In this document: positions 1 through 7,953 of the stretch, one piece after another
Position numbering within the stretch: the first letter of the stretch is position 1
Layout: the number at the start of each line of letters is the position of its first letter
NCBI GenBank assembly: GCA_963741945.1
Contig: CAVUKA010000006.1
Coordinates: 128,001 to 192,000, forward strand
Source of the DNA: an uncultured Gemmatimonadales bacterium
GTDB lineage: Bacteria; Gemmatimonadota; Gemmatimonadetes; Longimicrobiales; RSA9
Reading direction: 5' to 3'
DNA length: 64,000 nucleotides
Program-made: the position numbers and the translations under genes
Notes under the pieces: model-generated
What the model was told of the DNA's origin: nothing
Database searches by the model: none
The model's input: the letters and a program-made list of their open reading frames with translations, nothing else

Positions 1-1
1 C

Positions 2-2836
2 GGCGAGTACGTGTTCGACCGCAAGTACCTGGAGGACCTGGTCGGCGAGCTCAAGGGCACGGTTCACGGCGTGGTGGAGGACCTGAACACGCTGACCGAG
101 AACCGGTACCCGGAGCTGTTCCAGGTCGTGGCTTCGGTGGATGCGGGCGTGTACGCCGCCCTCGAGTGCCGGACTCGCCTGCCGGAGGGGCCGTACATCA
201 TCCCGCTCCATGAAGCGGGGGTGGAGCAAGCGGAGCTGGTGGGCGAGAAGATGGGGCGCCTGGGCGAGATCGGCAGCCGCCTCGGTTGCCGCATCCCCGA
301 GGGCTTCGTCGTGACGACCCGGGCGTGCCGCGCCTACCTGGAGCACGCCGGCGTGGTGGAAGCGGCGGAAGCGCTCCGCACCCGGGTGGACGGCGAGCTC
401 CGGAGAATGGAGGCGGAAGCGCGCGAACTCCAGGCACACGTTCTCGCCACGTCGGTCCCGCGGGAGCTGGCGCGGGCCATCCGCCGCGAGGTGGACCGCC
501 TCCACACCACCCAGCCCGGCGCCCTGTTCGCGGTGCGCTCAAGCGCGGCGGAGGAGGACGGCACGCTCACGTTCGCCGGGCAATACGAGACCATCCTGGG
601 CGTGGACGCCGACGACGTGGTGGACGCGTACCAGCAGGTCGTGGCCAGTCTGTTCGCCCCGAGCGTCCTCCGCTATCAGCACAGCCACCGCCTCCCCCCG
701 GGGTGCGGACTGATGGCCGTGGGCTGTCTGTGCATGGTGCCCGCCCGCGCCAGCGGGGTGGCGTACACGTTGAACCCCGCCCCGGGCTTCGGCCGCGTGC
801 AGCTCGTCACGTCCACCTGGGGGCTCGGCAAGGCCGTGGTGGAGGGCGAAGCGCCGGTGGACCGCTTCGAGGTGCTGCGGGACGAGGGCTACCCCGTCGT
901 CGACAGCCGGATCGCCGAGAAGACGTGGAAGTACGTCGCCCGCCCCGGCCGCGGCACCGTTCGCGAGCCCGTCGCCGACGACGAGCGGCAGGTTCCGTCC
1001 ATGTCGCCGGCGCTGGTCTCGCGGCTCGCCGAAGCGGCCTGCCGCATCGAGCGCTACATGAAAGCGGCGCAGGACATCGAGTGGGCGGTGGATGACGATG
1101 ACCGCCTTTTCATCCTCCAGGCACGCCCGCTCAGCATCCCGCCCGCGGCTGGCGACGCGGAGCACGATGTCTCCGACGTGGTCGCGCGCTACCCGGTGCT
1201 GCTGAAGGGGCGAGGCGAGGTGGCGTGCCGCGGCATCGGGATCGGTCGGGTCCACCTCCTGGACGACGACCCGTCCGCCGCCGAGGTCCCCCCCGGTGCG
1301 GTCCTGGTCACGCGCACAGCCTCGCCGCGCCTGGGCGGCTTCCTGGCCGGTACCAGCGCCGTGGTCACCGACCTGGGAAGCGCCACCGGCCACTTCGCCG
1401 CCGTCGCCCGGGATTTCCGCGTCCCCACCATCGTGGCCACCGGCGTGGCCACGCGCGTGCTGCGAAACGGGATGGAAGTGACGGTGGACGCGGAGGAGAA
1501 CGTGGTCTACGAGGGGCGCATCGACGAGTTGCTCCGCCACCAGCTGCTGACGCGCTCTTCCTTCGAGGACACCAGCGAATTCCGCCTGCTGCGGCGTATG
1601 CTGCGGAGCATCGCACCGCTGCGCCTGCGCGACCCGCAGAGCTCTTCCTTCACCGCGTCGCAGTGCCGCACCTATCACGACATCATCCGCTTCGCCCACG
1701 AGAAGGCGATCGCAGCGCTGATCGACATCGGCTGGGTCAAGGCCACGGGCGAGCAGGCGCACCTGCGGCGACTGGACCTGCCGATCCCGCTGGACCTGAT
1801 CCTCATCGATCTGGGGAACGGCTTCGAACCCCGGCTCGGTCAGGCCACGGTGAAGCTCGAGGACATTACCTCCCGGCCGCTCATCCCCGTACTGCAAGCG
1901 CTCACGGCCGAAGGGGTCTGGGACACGGCCCCCGCCGAGATGGACATGGACGGGTTCATGTCCAGCGCCACGCGCTCCATGGCCCTCACCGGCCCCCTCG
2001 TCGGACGGCCGACGCAGAACCTCGCCATCGTGGGCGGCCGGTACATGCACCTCAGCCTTCGGCTCGGCTACCACTTCAACATCGTGGACGCCCATCTCGG
2101 CGACGCGCCGGCGGACAACTACATCTACTTCCGCTTTGCCGGCGGCGTAACGGAGCTGACGCGCCGGTCCCGCCGCGCGTCGCTGCTGAAGCAGATCCTG
2201 GAAGCGAACGGCTTCGTGACCGACGGCCGGGAGGACCTGGTCATCGGACGTGTGAAAGGGCTGGCAGCGGAGCTGATGGAGGAGCGGCTGCGAATGGTGG
2301 GCCGCCTCATCGGCTTCACGCGACAGCTGGATGTGTATCTCAAGAACGATCGCCTCGTGGACCGGTACGTGGAGCAGTTCACGGGCGGCAAACCGATCCG
2401 GGACGCCGTACTCCCGGACAGTGGAACGGAGACGCCAATGAGCAGCAACGCGGATGTCCTGGTCCTGGATGACGAGCCGATGGTGGCCGAGCGGCTCAAG
2501 GATCACCTGGACCGCAAGGGTTATCAGGTGGAAGTGTTCACCGACAGCCAGACGGCCATTGATCGGCTTTCGATCAAGCGCTTCGACGTGGTCATCACCG
2601 ATCTCAAGATGGCGGGGCCTGACGGCCTGGACGTGCTCCGGTTCGTGCGCGACCAGAGCTACGGCACCCAGGTCATCATCATCACCGGCTACGGGTCCAT
2701 GGATGCGGCGAGGAAGGCCGAGTTCACCGGCGCGTACGAGTTCGTCAACAAGCCGTTCAGCATGAAGAGCCTCGAGGACATAACACGGAAAGCGGTGCGC
2801 CGGGCCCAGAAGCTGAACGCCAAGGAGCCCACGTGA
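2..2836 (+). CDS. PEP-synthase/PPDK-like protein (nucleotide-binding domain + phospho-His swivel domain) with C-terminal receiver domain; 5'-truncated by window edge
   Basis: VGEKMGRLGEI, AVRSSAAEED..TFAGQYET, STWGLG, QDIEWA..LFILQARPL (ATP-grasp domain); TDLGSATGHFAAVARDFRVP (phospho-His motif); C-terminal VLVLDDEP..DVVITDLKM..IIITGYG..FVNKPF (REC). Frame is open to position 2. Confidence 0.85.
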   Translation, partial: GEYVFDRKYLEDLVGELKGTVHGVVEDLNTLTENRYPELFQVVASVDAGVYAALECRTRLPEGPYIIPLHEAGVEQAELVGEKMGRLGEIGSRLGCRIPEGFVVTTRACRAYLEHAGVVEAAEALRTRVDGELRRMEAEARELQAHVLATSVPRELARAIRREVDRLHTTQPGALFAVRSSAAEEDGTLTFAGQYETILGVDADDVVDAYQQVVASLFAPSVLRYQHSHRLPPGCGLMAVGCLCMVPARASGVAYTLNPAPGFGRVQLVTSTWGLGKAVVEGEAPVDRFEVLRDEGYPVVDSRIAEKTWKYVARPGRGTVREPVADDERQVPSMSPALVSRLAEAACRIERYMKAAQDIEWAVDDDDRLFILQARPLSIPPAAGDAEHDVSDVVARYPVLLKGRGEVACRGIGIGRVHLLDDDPSAAEVPPGAVLVTRTASPRLGGFLAGTSAVVTDLGSATGHFAAVARDFRVPTIVATGVATRVLRNGMEVTVDAEENVVYEGRIDELLRHQLLTRSSFEDTSEFRLLRRMLRSIAPLRLRDPQSSSFTASQCRTYHDIIRFAHEKAIAALIDIGWVKATGEQAHLRRLDLPIPLDLILIDLGNGFEPRLGQATVKLEDITSRPLIPVLQALTAEGVWDTAPAEMDMDGFMSSATRSMALTGPLVGRPTQNLAIVGGRYMHLSLRLGYHFNIVDAHLGDAPADNYIYFRFAGGVTELTRRSRRASLLKQILEANGFVTDGREDLVIGRVKGLAAELMEERLRMVGRLIGFTRQLDVYLKNDRLVDRYVEQFTGGKPIRDAVLPDSGTETPMSSNADVLVLDDEPMVAERLKDHLDRKGYQVEVFTDSQTAIDRLSIKRFDVVITDLKMAGPDGLDVLRFVRDQSYGTQVIIITGYGSMDAARKAEFTGAYEFVNKPFSMKSLEDITRKAVRRAQKLNAKEPT

Positions 2837-2882
2837 CGGAGCACAGCCCCGGACGTACCGGACCCGTGCGGAGACGGCGGCC

Positions 2883-3257
2883 ATGAAGACGCCGAAGAAG
2901 GTCCTGCTGCTGGACGACGAGCCGGTGGTCTGCGAGCGGCTCAAGCCGGCGCTGGAGAAGCTGGGGTTTTACGTGGAGTCCTACACCGAGAGCCAGCCGG
3001 TGGTGGACCGCGTGCTGGAGGAGCGCTTCGACGTGCTGGTGACGGACCTGAAGATGCAGAAGCCGGATGGGCTGGAGATCATGCGCTTCGTCAAGGAGCA
3101 CTCCCCCGGCACGAAGGTGATCATCATCACCGGGTTCGCCACCGTTGAGACGGCCACGGAAACGCTGAAGGGCGGCGCGGTGGACTTCATCGCGAAGCCG
3201 TTCAAGATCCGAACGCTCTGCGAGCGCATCGTCGAGCTGACCCGGGACGACGTGTGA
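2883..3257 (+). CDS. Single-domain response regulator (REC)
   Basis: LLLDDEP, DVLVTDLKM, IIITGF, FIAKPF. Confidence 0.92.
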   Translation: MKTPKKVLLLDDEPVVCERLKPALEKLGFYVESYTESQPVVDRVLEERFDVLVTDLKMQKPDGLEIMRFVKEHSPGTKVIIITGFATVETATETLKGGAVDFIAKPFKIRTLCERIVELTRDDV

Positions 3258-3261
3258 GCGC

Positions 3262-4074
3262 TCAGACCGTGTAGTCGGGCGCCGCCAGGTTCTCCCGGTC
3301 CACCCGCTCCACCCCCGGCACGCCGGAGGCCACCTCGATCACTGCGTCCACAAGCGACGGAGGCCGGAGCCGCCCTCGCACGTACACCACACCGTCCCGC
3401 GCCCGCAGCCTTACCTCCGCCGGGAACGTCCGCTCGTCCGCGGCCAGCGCCGCCTGGACCCGGCTCGCCAGCACCAGGTCCGCCATGGACCGCTGGCTCT
3501 CGACCGTCGGCTCAAAGCGGGGGGAGCGGGACGCCAGGACCACCAGCGCCACGGCATCTTCCATGGCCAGCGTCCGCACACTGATGCACAGGTCGTACAG
3601 GCGCGGATCCAGCCAGTCCACGCCATAGAGGAAGCGCGTCCATTTCTCCCGCTGACGGTCCAGCTTCTTGATCCGCGCCTCCGCCTCGGCCTCGGTCAGA
3701 TCCGACCGCTCCTTCAGGACCCGGTCACGGAAGTCCACCGGCGCGATCAGGCGGACCCGTACCACGTGCGCCACCCCGGGCAGCAGGAGGTGCCCCGCGT
3801 TGCCGTGATACACCACGCCGTCTGCCTGCGCCCGCTCCGTCAGCGCCGCCTGGACGTACGCCAGGTATCGCCGCCGCTCGTGCTGCACCCGGTCCCACAG
3901 CCGGGGTGGCTCGAGCAGCGCCTTCCGGAGCTCCTCCTCCGACGCGCCGAAGCGCGTGGCCTCGTGCACCACCTCCTCCCGGCTGACCACGTCATAGCCG
4001 AGCTCCTTCGCCACCGCTTCGGCGAGAACCCGCCCGCCGCTCCCCGAGCCCCTCGATATCGTTACGATCGCCAT
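3262..4074 (-). CDS. Cytidylate kinase-like family protein with C-terminal BON domain
   Basis: N-terminal IVTISRGSGSGGRVLA, VVYHGNAGHLLL, VRLIAP, YGVDWLDPRLYDLCI; BON-like tail DGVVYVRG..VPGVERV. Confidence 0.8.
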   Translation of the reverse strand: MAIVTISRGSGSGGRVLAEAVAKELGYDVVSREEVVHEATRFGASEEELRKALLEPPRLWDRVQHERRRYLAYVQAALTERAQADGVVYHGNAGHLLLPGVAHVVRVRLIAPVDFRDRVLKERSDLTEAEAEARIKKLDRQREKWTRFLYGVDWLDPRLYDLCISVRTLAMEDAVALVVLASRSPRFEPTVESQRSMADLVLASRVQAALAADERTFPAEVRLRARDGVVYVRGRLRPPSLVDAVIEVASGVPGVERVDRENLAAPDYTV

Positions 4075-4092
4075 GGATTCGCTTCGGTCCTG

Positions 4093-4767
4093 TCAGGATG
4101 AGAACGCCGTGACATCACGGGCGGGCTCCGCGTCCTCCGACGCCCGCACCAGCGCGCTCAGCCGCTTCATGCGGGTGTGCGCGCCGTAGTAGCCCTGCCC
4201 CGCCCAGACGATGACGACGAGACTCGCCAGCGCGAGCCCGCCGTCGAACAGCGTCCACCAGTTGAGCCCGAAATACCGGAACAGCGAGATCCCCAGCGCC
4301 AGGAACGCCAATCCCGTCCGGATGAACGCCAGGTACGTCCGGCCCCACGCCAGCTCCGTCCGCAGCGCGGAAAGGTGCGTCCGCCGCTGCGCATACCGCG
4401 TCCTCCCCTCCGCCAGGCCATTCCGCGCGGCCGCCAGATCCGTACGTCGGCGCGACAGCCCCGTCCGCTGTCCCGCCAGGTTCGTCCTCGCCCGCGCCAT
4501 GTCCGTGCGATGAACGGACAGGTCCGTTCGCTGACCGGCGAGCCCTGTCCGCTCCCGGCTCAGCTCGGTCCGGAGATTCCCCAGCTCCGTGCTGCGCGTC
4601 GACAGCCGCGTCTGCTCCCGCGTCAGCGCCGTCCGCTCCGACGCCATGTCCGTCCGCTGGCGGGAGTACCCGCTTTCCACCTGCTCCAGGTCCACCGACC
4701 GGGACACCAGACTCCGGATCGCCTCCAGCGTCTCCTGCGTCGGCGCCTCCCCCGCTGTCTTCGTCAT
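4093..4767 (-). CDS. DUF202/YidH-like membrane protein with long N-terminal heptad-repeat coiled coil
   Basis: RTELAWGRTYLAFIRTGL motif followed by two hydrophobic helices; ATG at 4767 with GAGGAG upstream. Confidence 0.75.
   Translation of the reverse strand: MTKTAGEAPTQETLEAIRSLVSRSVDLEQVESGYSRQRTDMASERTALTREQTRLSTRSTELGNLRTELSRERTGLAGQRTDLSVHRTDMARARTNLAGQRTGLSRRRTDLAAARNGLAEGRTRYAQRRTHLSALRTELAWGRTYLAFIRTGLAFLALGISLFRYFGLNWWTLFDGGLALASLVVIVWAGQGYYGAHTRMKRLSALVRASEDAEPARDVTAFSS
4309..4656 (-). repeat. Degenerate 21-nt / 7-aa tandem repeat (RTxLxxx), 16 units plus a partial one
   Basis: RTDMASE RTALTRE QTRLSTR STELGNL RTELSRE RTGLAGQ RTDLSVH RTDMARA RTNLAGQ RTGLSRR RTDLAAA RNGLAEG RTRYAQR RTHLSAL RTELAWG RTYLAFI RTGL. 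Confidence 0.85.
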
Positions 4768-4793
4768 GACGCGCCTCTCCTCAGCACCCGGCT

Positions 4794-5612
4794 TCACGAC
4801 TCCGCCAGCAACACCGGAGCATATCCGGGCTCGTAGGCGACCTCCCGATCGCCCGCCACTCGCCGGGCCACCTCCAGGACCTGCTCCCTCCGGGCGTCGT
4901 CCAGGTATGGCCCGGTGACCGTGATCCTTCCCTCCGCCACACGCGCCCCCGCTTCCACCTCCGCCGTCCCCGGATCCGAGACCAGCGCCGCTTCCACATG
5001 GCTCCCCAGCAGCAGCGAGTCCAGCTCCGCCCTGGACTCCGCCGTGGCCTGGCTCCCAGGATCCTCCGCCAGCGCGCAGATCACGTGTGCCGCCGTCTCC
5101 ACGCTCGTCCGACTCAGGTCCAGGCACACATCGTACTGCCCCGGATCCCGGATGTCCTTCCCGTACATCAATCTCGCCCACCGCACACGCGCCTCGTCAT
5201 CCCGCGCAATGTACTCCCGCGCCTCCTCCTCCGAGCACGACAGCCGCGCCATGGTCATCGAAACCCGCAGCGGAAGCGACGCATTGATCCGCACCCGCCG
5301 GAAATGGGCGATGCGTGGCACCAGCAGGTGACCGGAAAAACCGTGGTAGATGAGGTCCGCCTCCCGCGCGTACTCCAGGAGCGCCGTACGCATCAGGACC
5401 ACGTACGGACGCCGTAGCTCGCAGAACTCGTCATAGTCCTGCGTGGCCTTCCCCAGCCGCTCCACGATCCGCTGCGCCAGCTCGCCATGCCGGTTCACCA
5501 CCGCCACCAGGTCCTCGCGCGAGACGCAGCGCCACCCCGTGCACTCCGCCAGACGGCCCACCAGCAGGCGAACGCCCGACATGGTTCCCCGGGAGATCAG
5601 GAGTACGGACAA
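4794..5612 (-). CDS. Cytidylate kinase-like family protein with C-terminal BON domain
   Basis: LLISRGTMSG, LIYHGFSGHLLV, MYGKDIRDPGQYDVCL; probable TTG start at 5612 preceded by GGAGG. Confidence 0.78.
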   Translation of the reverse strand: MSVLLISRGTMSGVRLLVGRLAECTGWRCVSREDLVAVVNRHGELAQRIVERLGKATQDYDEFCELRRPYVVLMRTALLEYAREADLIYHGFSGHLLVPRIAHFRRVRINASLPLRVSMTMARLSCSEEEAREYIARDDEARVRWARLMYGKDIRDPGQYDVCLDLSRTSVETAAHVICALAEDPGSQATAESRAELDSLLLGSHVEAALVSDPGTAEVEAGARVAEGRITVTGPYLDDARREQVLEVARRVAGDREVAYEPGYAPVLLAES

Positions 5613-5711
5613 TGACGCAGCCTCCAACACACGCACGCGGAGCCAGGCCGATCCGGTCGGCGCGCGCCCCGAATGCCACCCGCTCTTTCCAGGTTGCCGG
5701 CGGCGCCGGCA

Positions 5712-5731
5712 ACCGTGCAATCCGTCACGAT
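5712..5731. promoter_or_regulatory. Candidate Rex operator
   Basis: ACCGTG-CAATCCGT-CACGAT, same GTG-N8-CAC spacing as the boxes at 17523, 17616 and 18775; lies upstream of the 5612 operon. Confidence 0.5.
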
Positions 5732-5790
5732 TTCACGATGCGCCCCACCACCGCCTCCGTCAAGAGGAAGCGGTGGGGCGCGGCGCCGAC

Positions 5791-6231
5791 TCAGGACGCC
5801 GACGGGGCAGCCGCGAGAAGCCGGTCCACGGCGGCGAGGAGCGCGTCGCGATCGATGGGCTTGGGGAAGAAGCCATCGGGCGGCGGGACGGCGTCGCTCT
5901 TCCGGATGAACTTCTCGTAGCCGTATGGATCGCCGCCGTAACCGGTGACGGCGGTGACGATGACGACGGGGACGCTCCTGAGCGCGGGATCGGTCTTCAC
6001 CGCGCGGTAGAAGCGGGTCCCCGAGGCTCGGGGCATGGAGATGTCGAGGGTGACGAGGTCGGGCGCCTGGGTGCGCATCAGCTCCAGCGCCGCCTCGCCG
6101 TCACCGGCGACTACGGTCTGGTAGCCGCTGTCGCGGAACAGCATGTCGAGGTATTCGACGACGTCCTGCTCATCGTCGACTATGAGGATCTTCCTGGCCG
6201 GTCCCTGCGCGGCCTGGTCCGGTGCGGGCAT
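5791..6231 (-). CDS. Single-domain response regulator (resembles DVU0259/DivK-like receivers of tmc-type operons)
   Basis: KILIVDDEQ, DLVTLDISMP, GTRFYR, FFPKPID; ATG 6231 with AAGGAGG. Confidence 0.88.
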   Translation of the reverse strand: MPAPDQAAQGPARKILIVDDEQDVVEYLDMLFRDSGYQTVVAGDGEAALELMRTQAPDLVTLDISMPRASGTRFYRAVKTDPALRSVPVVIVTAVTGYGGDPYGYEKFIRKSDAVPPPDGFFPKPIDRDALLAAVDRLLAAAPSAS

Positions 6232-6278
6232 GGCTCGCCTCCTTGCTCTGCGGTACGTCGCTGCCACCCGGTCCGCCA

Positions 6279-6809
6279 TCAGGCGCCGGGCGTGGTGCGT
6301 TTCAGAGCCTCCAGGGCGCGTCTGAGCGCGTGGGGCTCCGCCTGTGTCAGCTGGCGGCGAACCTCATCCTGGAGGGTGATGCGATCGTCGTCGCCGGGGC
6401 TCTCCTCGAGGCCGAGGGCGCGCTGGACGCAGCGGACGTAGTCCAGCGGCTTGACGGGCTTCTCGAGGTAGACGCCCGGCCCGGAGATGACGCGGCTCTC
6501 GACGATGTCCTCGAGCTCGGCGCGTCCGAGCTCATCGCGGGCGTGCGCGGTGACGATGAGGACGGGAATGCGGGAGAGCGCGTGGTCCTTGCGGAGCTCG
6601 TAGAGGAGCTTGTGGCCGCTCTTGCCGGGCATGACGAGGTCGAGGGAGATGAAGTCGGGCGGCTGCTGGCGGATGAGGTCGAGGGCCTCGTCGCCGTCGG
6701 AGGCCGTCCGGACGGCGAAGCCTGCGTCCCGGAGGATCTGGGCGAGGTATTCGCGGACGTCCGGCTCGTCGTCCACCACCAGCACGGTCTTGTCACTTGG
6801 CCGCTCCAT
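6279..6809 (-). CDS. Response regulator (REC + short helical tail)
   Basis: VLVVDDEP, DFISLDLVMP, YLEKPV. Confidence 0.88.
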   Translation of the reverse strand: MERPSDKTVLVVDDEPDVREYLAQILRDAGFAVRTASDGDEALDLIRQQPPDFISLDLVMPGKSGHKLLYELRKDHALSRIPVLIVTAHARDELGRAELEDIVESRVISGPGVYLEKPVKPLDYVRCVQRALGLEESPGDDDRITLQDEVRRQLTQAEPHALRRALEALKRTTPGA

Positions 6810-6813
6810 GGCG

Positions 6814-7953
6814 TCATCCCTTCGTGTGGTCCTGCCCGTCAGCCCCATCGGCCGGTTCGGCGGCCGCGTGGTCGGGCAGCGAGTCGCGAGGCAGCTCGAT
6901 GCGGAACACCGATCCTTCGCCCTCCTTCGACGTGAAGGAGATGCTGCCGCCGTGCTGGTGCACGATGCGGCGGGTGGTCAGCAGGCCGAGGCCCGTGCCC
7001 CGGTCCGAGCCCTTGGTCGTGAAGAACTTGGAGAACACTTTCCGGCTCAGCTCGTAGTCCATCCCCTTGCCGTTGTCGGCGACCTCGTAGACCAGGACGC
7101 CGTCCTCCTCGGAGACGGAGAGGCGGACGACGAATTCCCGCTGCTTCTCGGCCACCGTGCACGCGTCAATGGCGTTGGACACCAGGTTGGCGAGGCAGGT
7201 GTGGATCCCCGCCTCGTCCAGCAGCGCGGGGGCGATGCCGTCCTGCGGCTCGAAGTCGAGGCGGATGCCGGCGCGCGCGGCGCCGTCGCGGAAGAGGTCG
7301 GCGGCGTTCCTCGCCGGCAGCACGGGGTCGGTGAGTGCCACGACGGCCGGGCGTCCCTTGGCGAAGTCCAGGAACTCCTTGATGAAGGCGGAGATCCGGT
7401 TGACGTTCTGCTCCAGTGTGGTCCAGCCGCGAGCAATGCGCTCGTCGTCGCCGAGCTGGATGCCGGTATTCACGGCGTACATGCCGCCCTCGAGGCCCAT
7501 CAGGATGTTCTTCACGCCGTGGGCGACGCCGGCCACGGTCTCGCCTACGGCGGCGAGGCGCTCGGCTTCGCGCTTCTCACGCTCGAGGCGCTTTACGGCG
7601 GTGATGTCGGTGGACATCTCGATGACGTAGGGGATGTCGCCGTTGGGGCGGACCAGGGGTACCATGTGGACCAGGTAGTCGATCTCCCTGCCGTTCCCCA
7701 CCACGCCCTCCTCCTCCTGCTCCCGGATGGAGCCATCGGCAAACGTGGCGAGGGCGGCGCAGCGGAGGCAGGGCTCATCGCGCCCCTTGTGGACCTGATA
7801 ACAGGGGCGCCCCTGCCAGTCGCCGAACTCCGCCTCGAACGCCAGGTTCGCGTCCACGATCCCGTAGTTGCGACCGATGACGCTGATGGCCACCGGCACT
7901 TCGTCGTAGAGGTGGGCGTGGAGCCAGTCGCGGATCTCCGTGGTGTCCATCAT
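6814..7953 (-). CDS. Cytoplasmic PAS-domain histidine kinase
   Basis: H-box VAHGVKNIL, N-box NLVSNAIDA, DNGKGM, FFTTKG, GTGLGL; PAS with CYQVHKGRDEPCLRC; ATGA overlap with upstream gene. Confidence 0.92.
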   Translation of the reverse strand: MMDTTEIRDWLHAHLYDEVPVAISVIGRNYGIVDANLAFEAEFGDWQGRPCYQVHKGRDEPCLRCAALATFADGSIREQEEEGVVGNGREIDYLVHMVPLVRPNGDIPYVIEMSTDITAVKRLEREKREAERLAAVGETVAGVAHGVKNILMGLEGGMYAVNTGIQLGDDERIARGWTTLEQNVNRISAFIKEFLDFAKGRPAVVALTDPVLPARNAADLFRDGAARAGIRLDFEPQDGIAPALLDEAGIHTCLANLVSNAIDACTVAEKQREFVVRLSVSEEDGVLVYEVADNGKGMDYELSRKVFSKFFTTKGSDRGTGLGLLTTRRIVHQHGGSISFTSKEGEGSVFRIELPRDSLPDHAAAEPADGADGQDHTKG

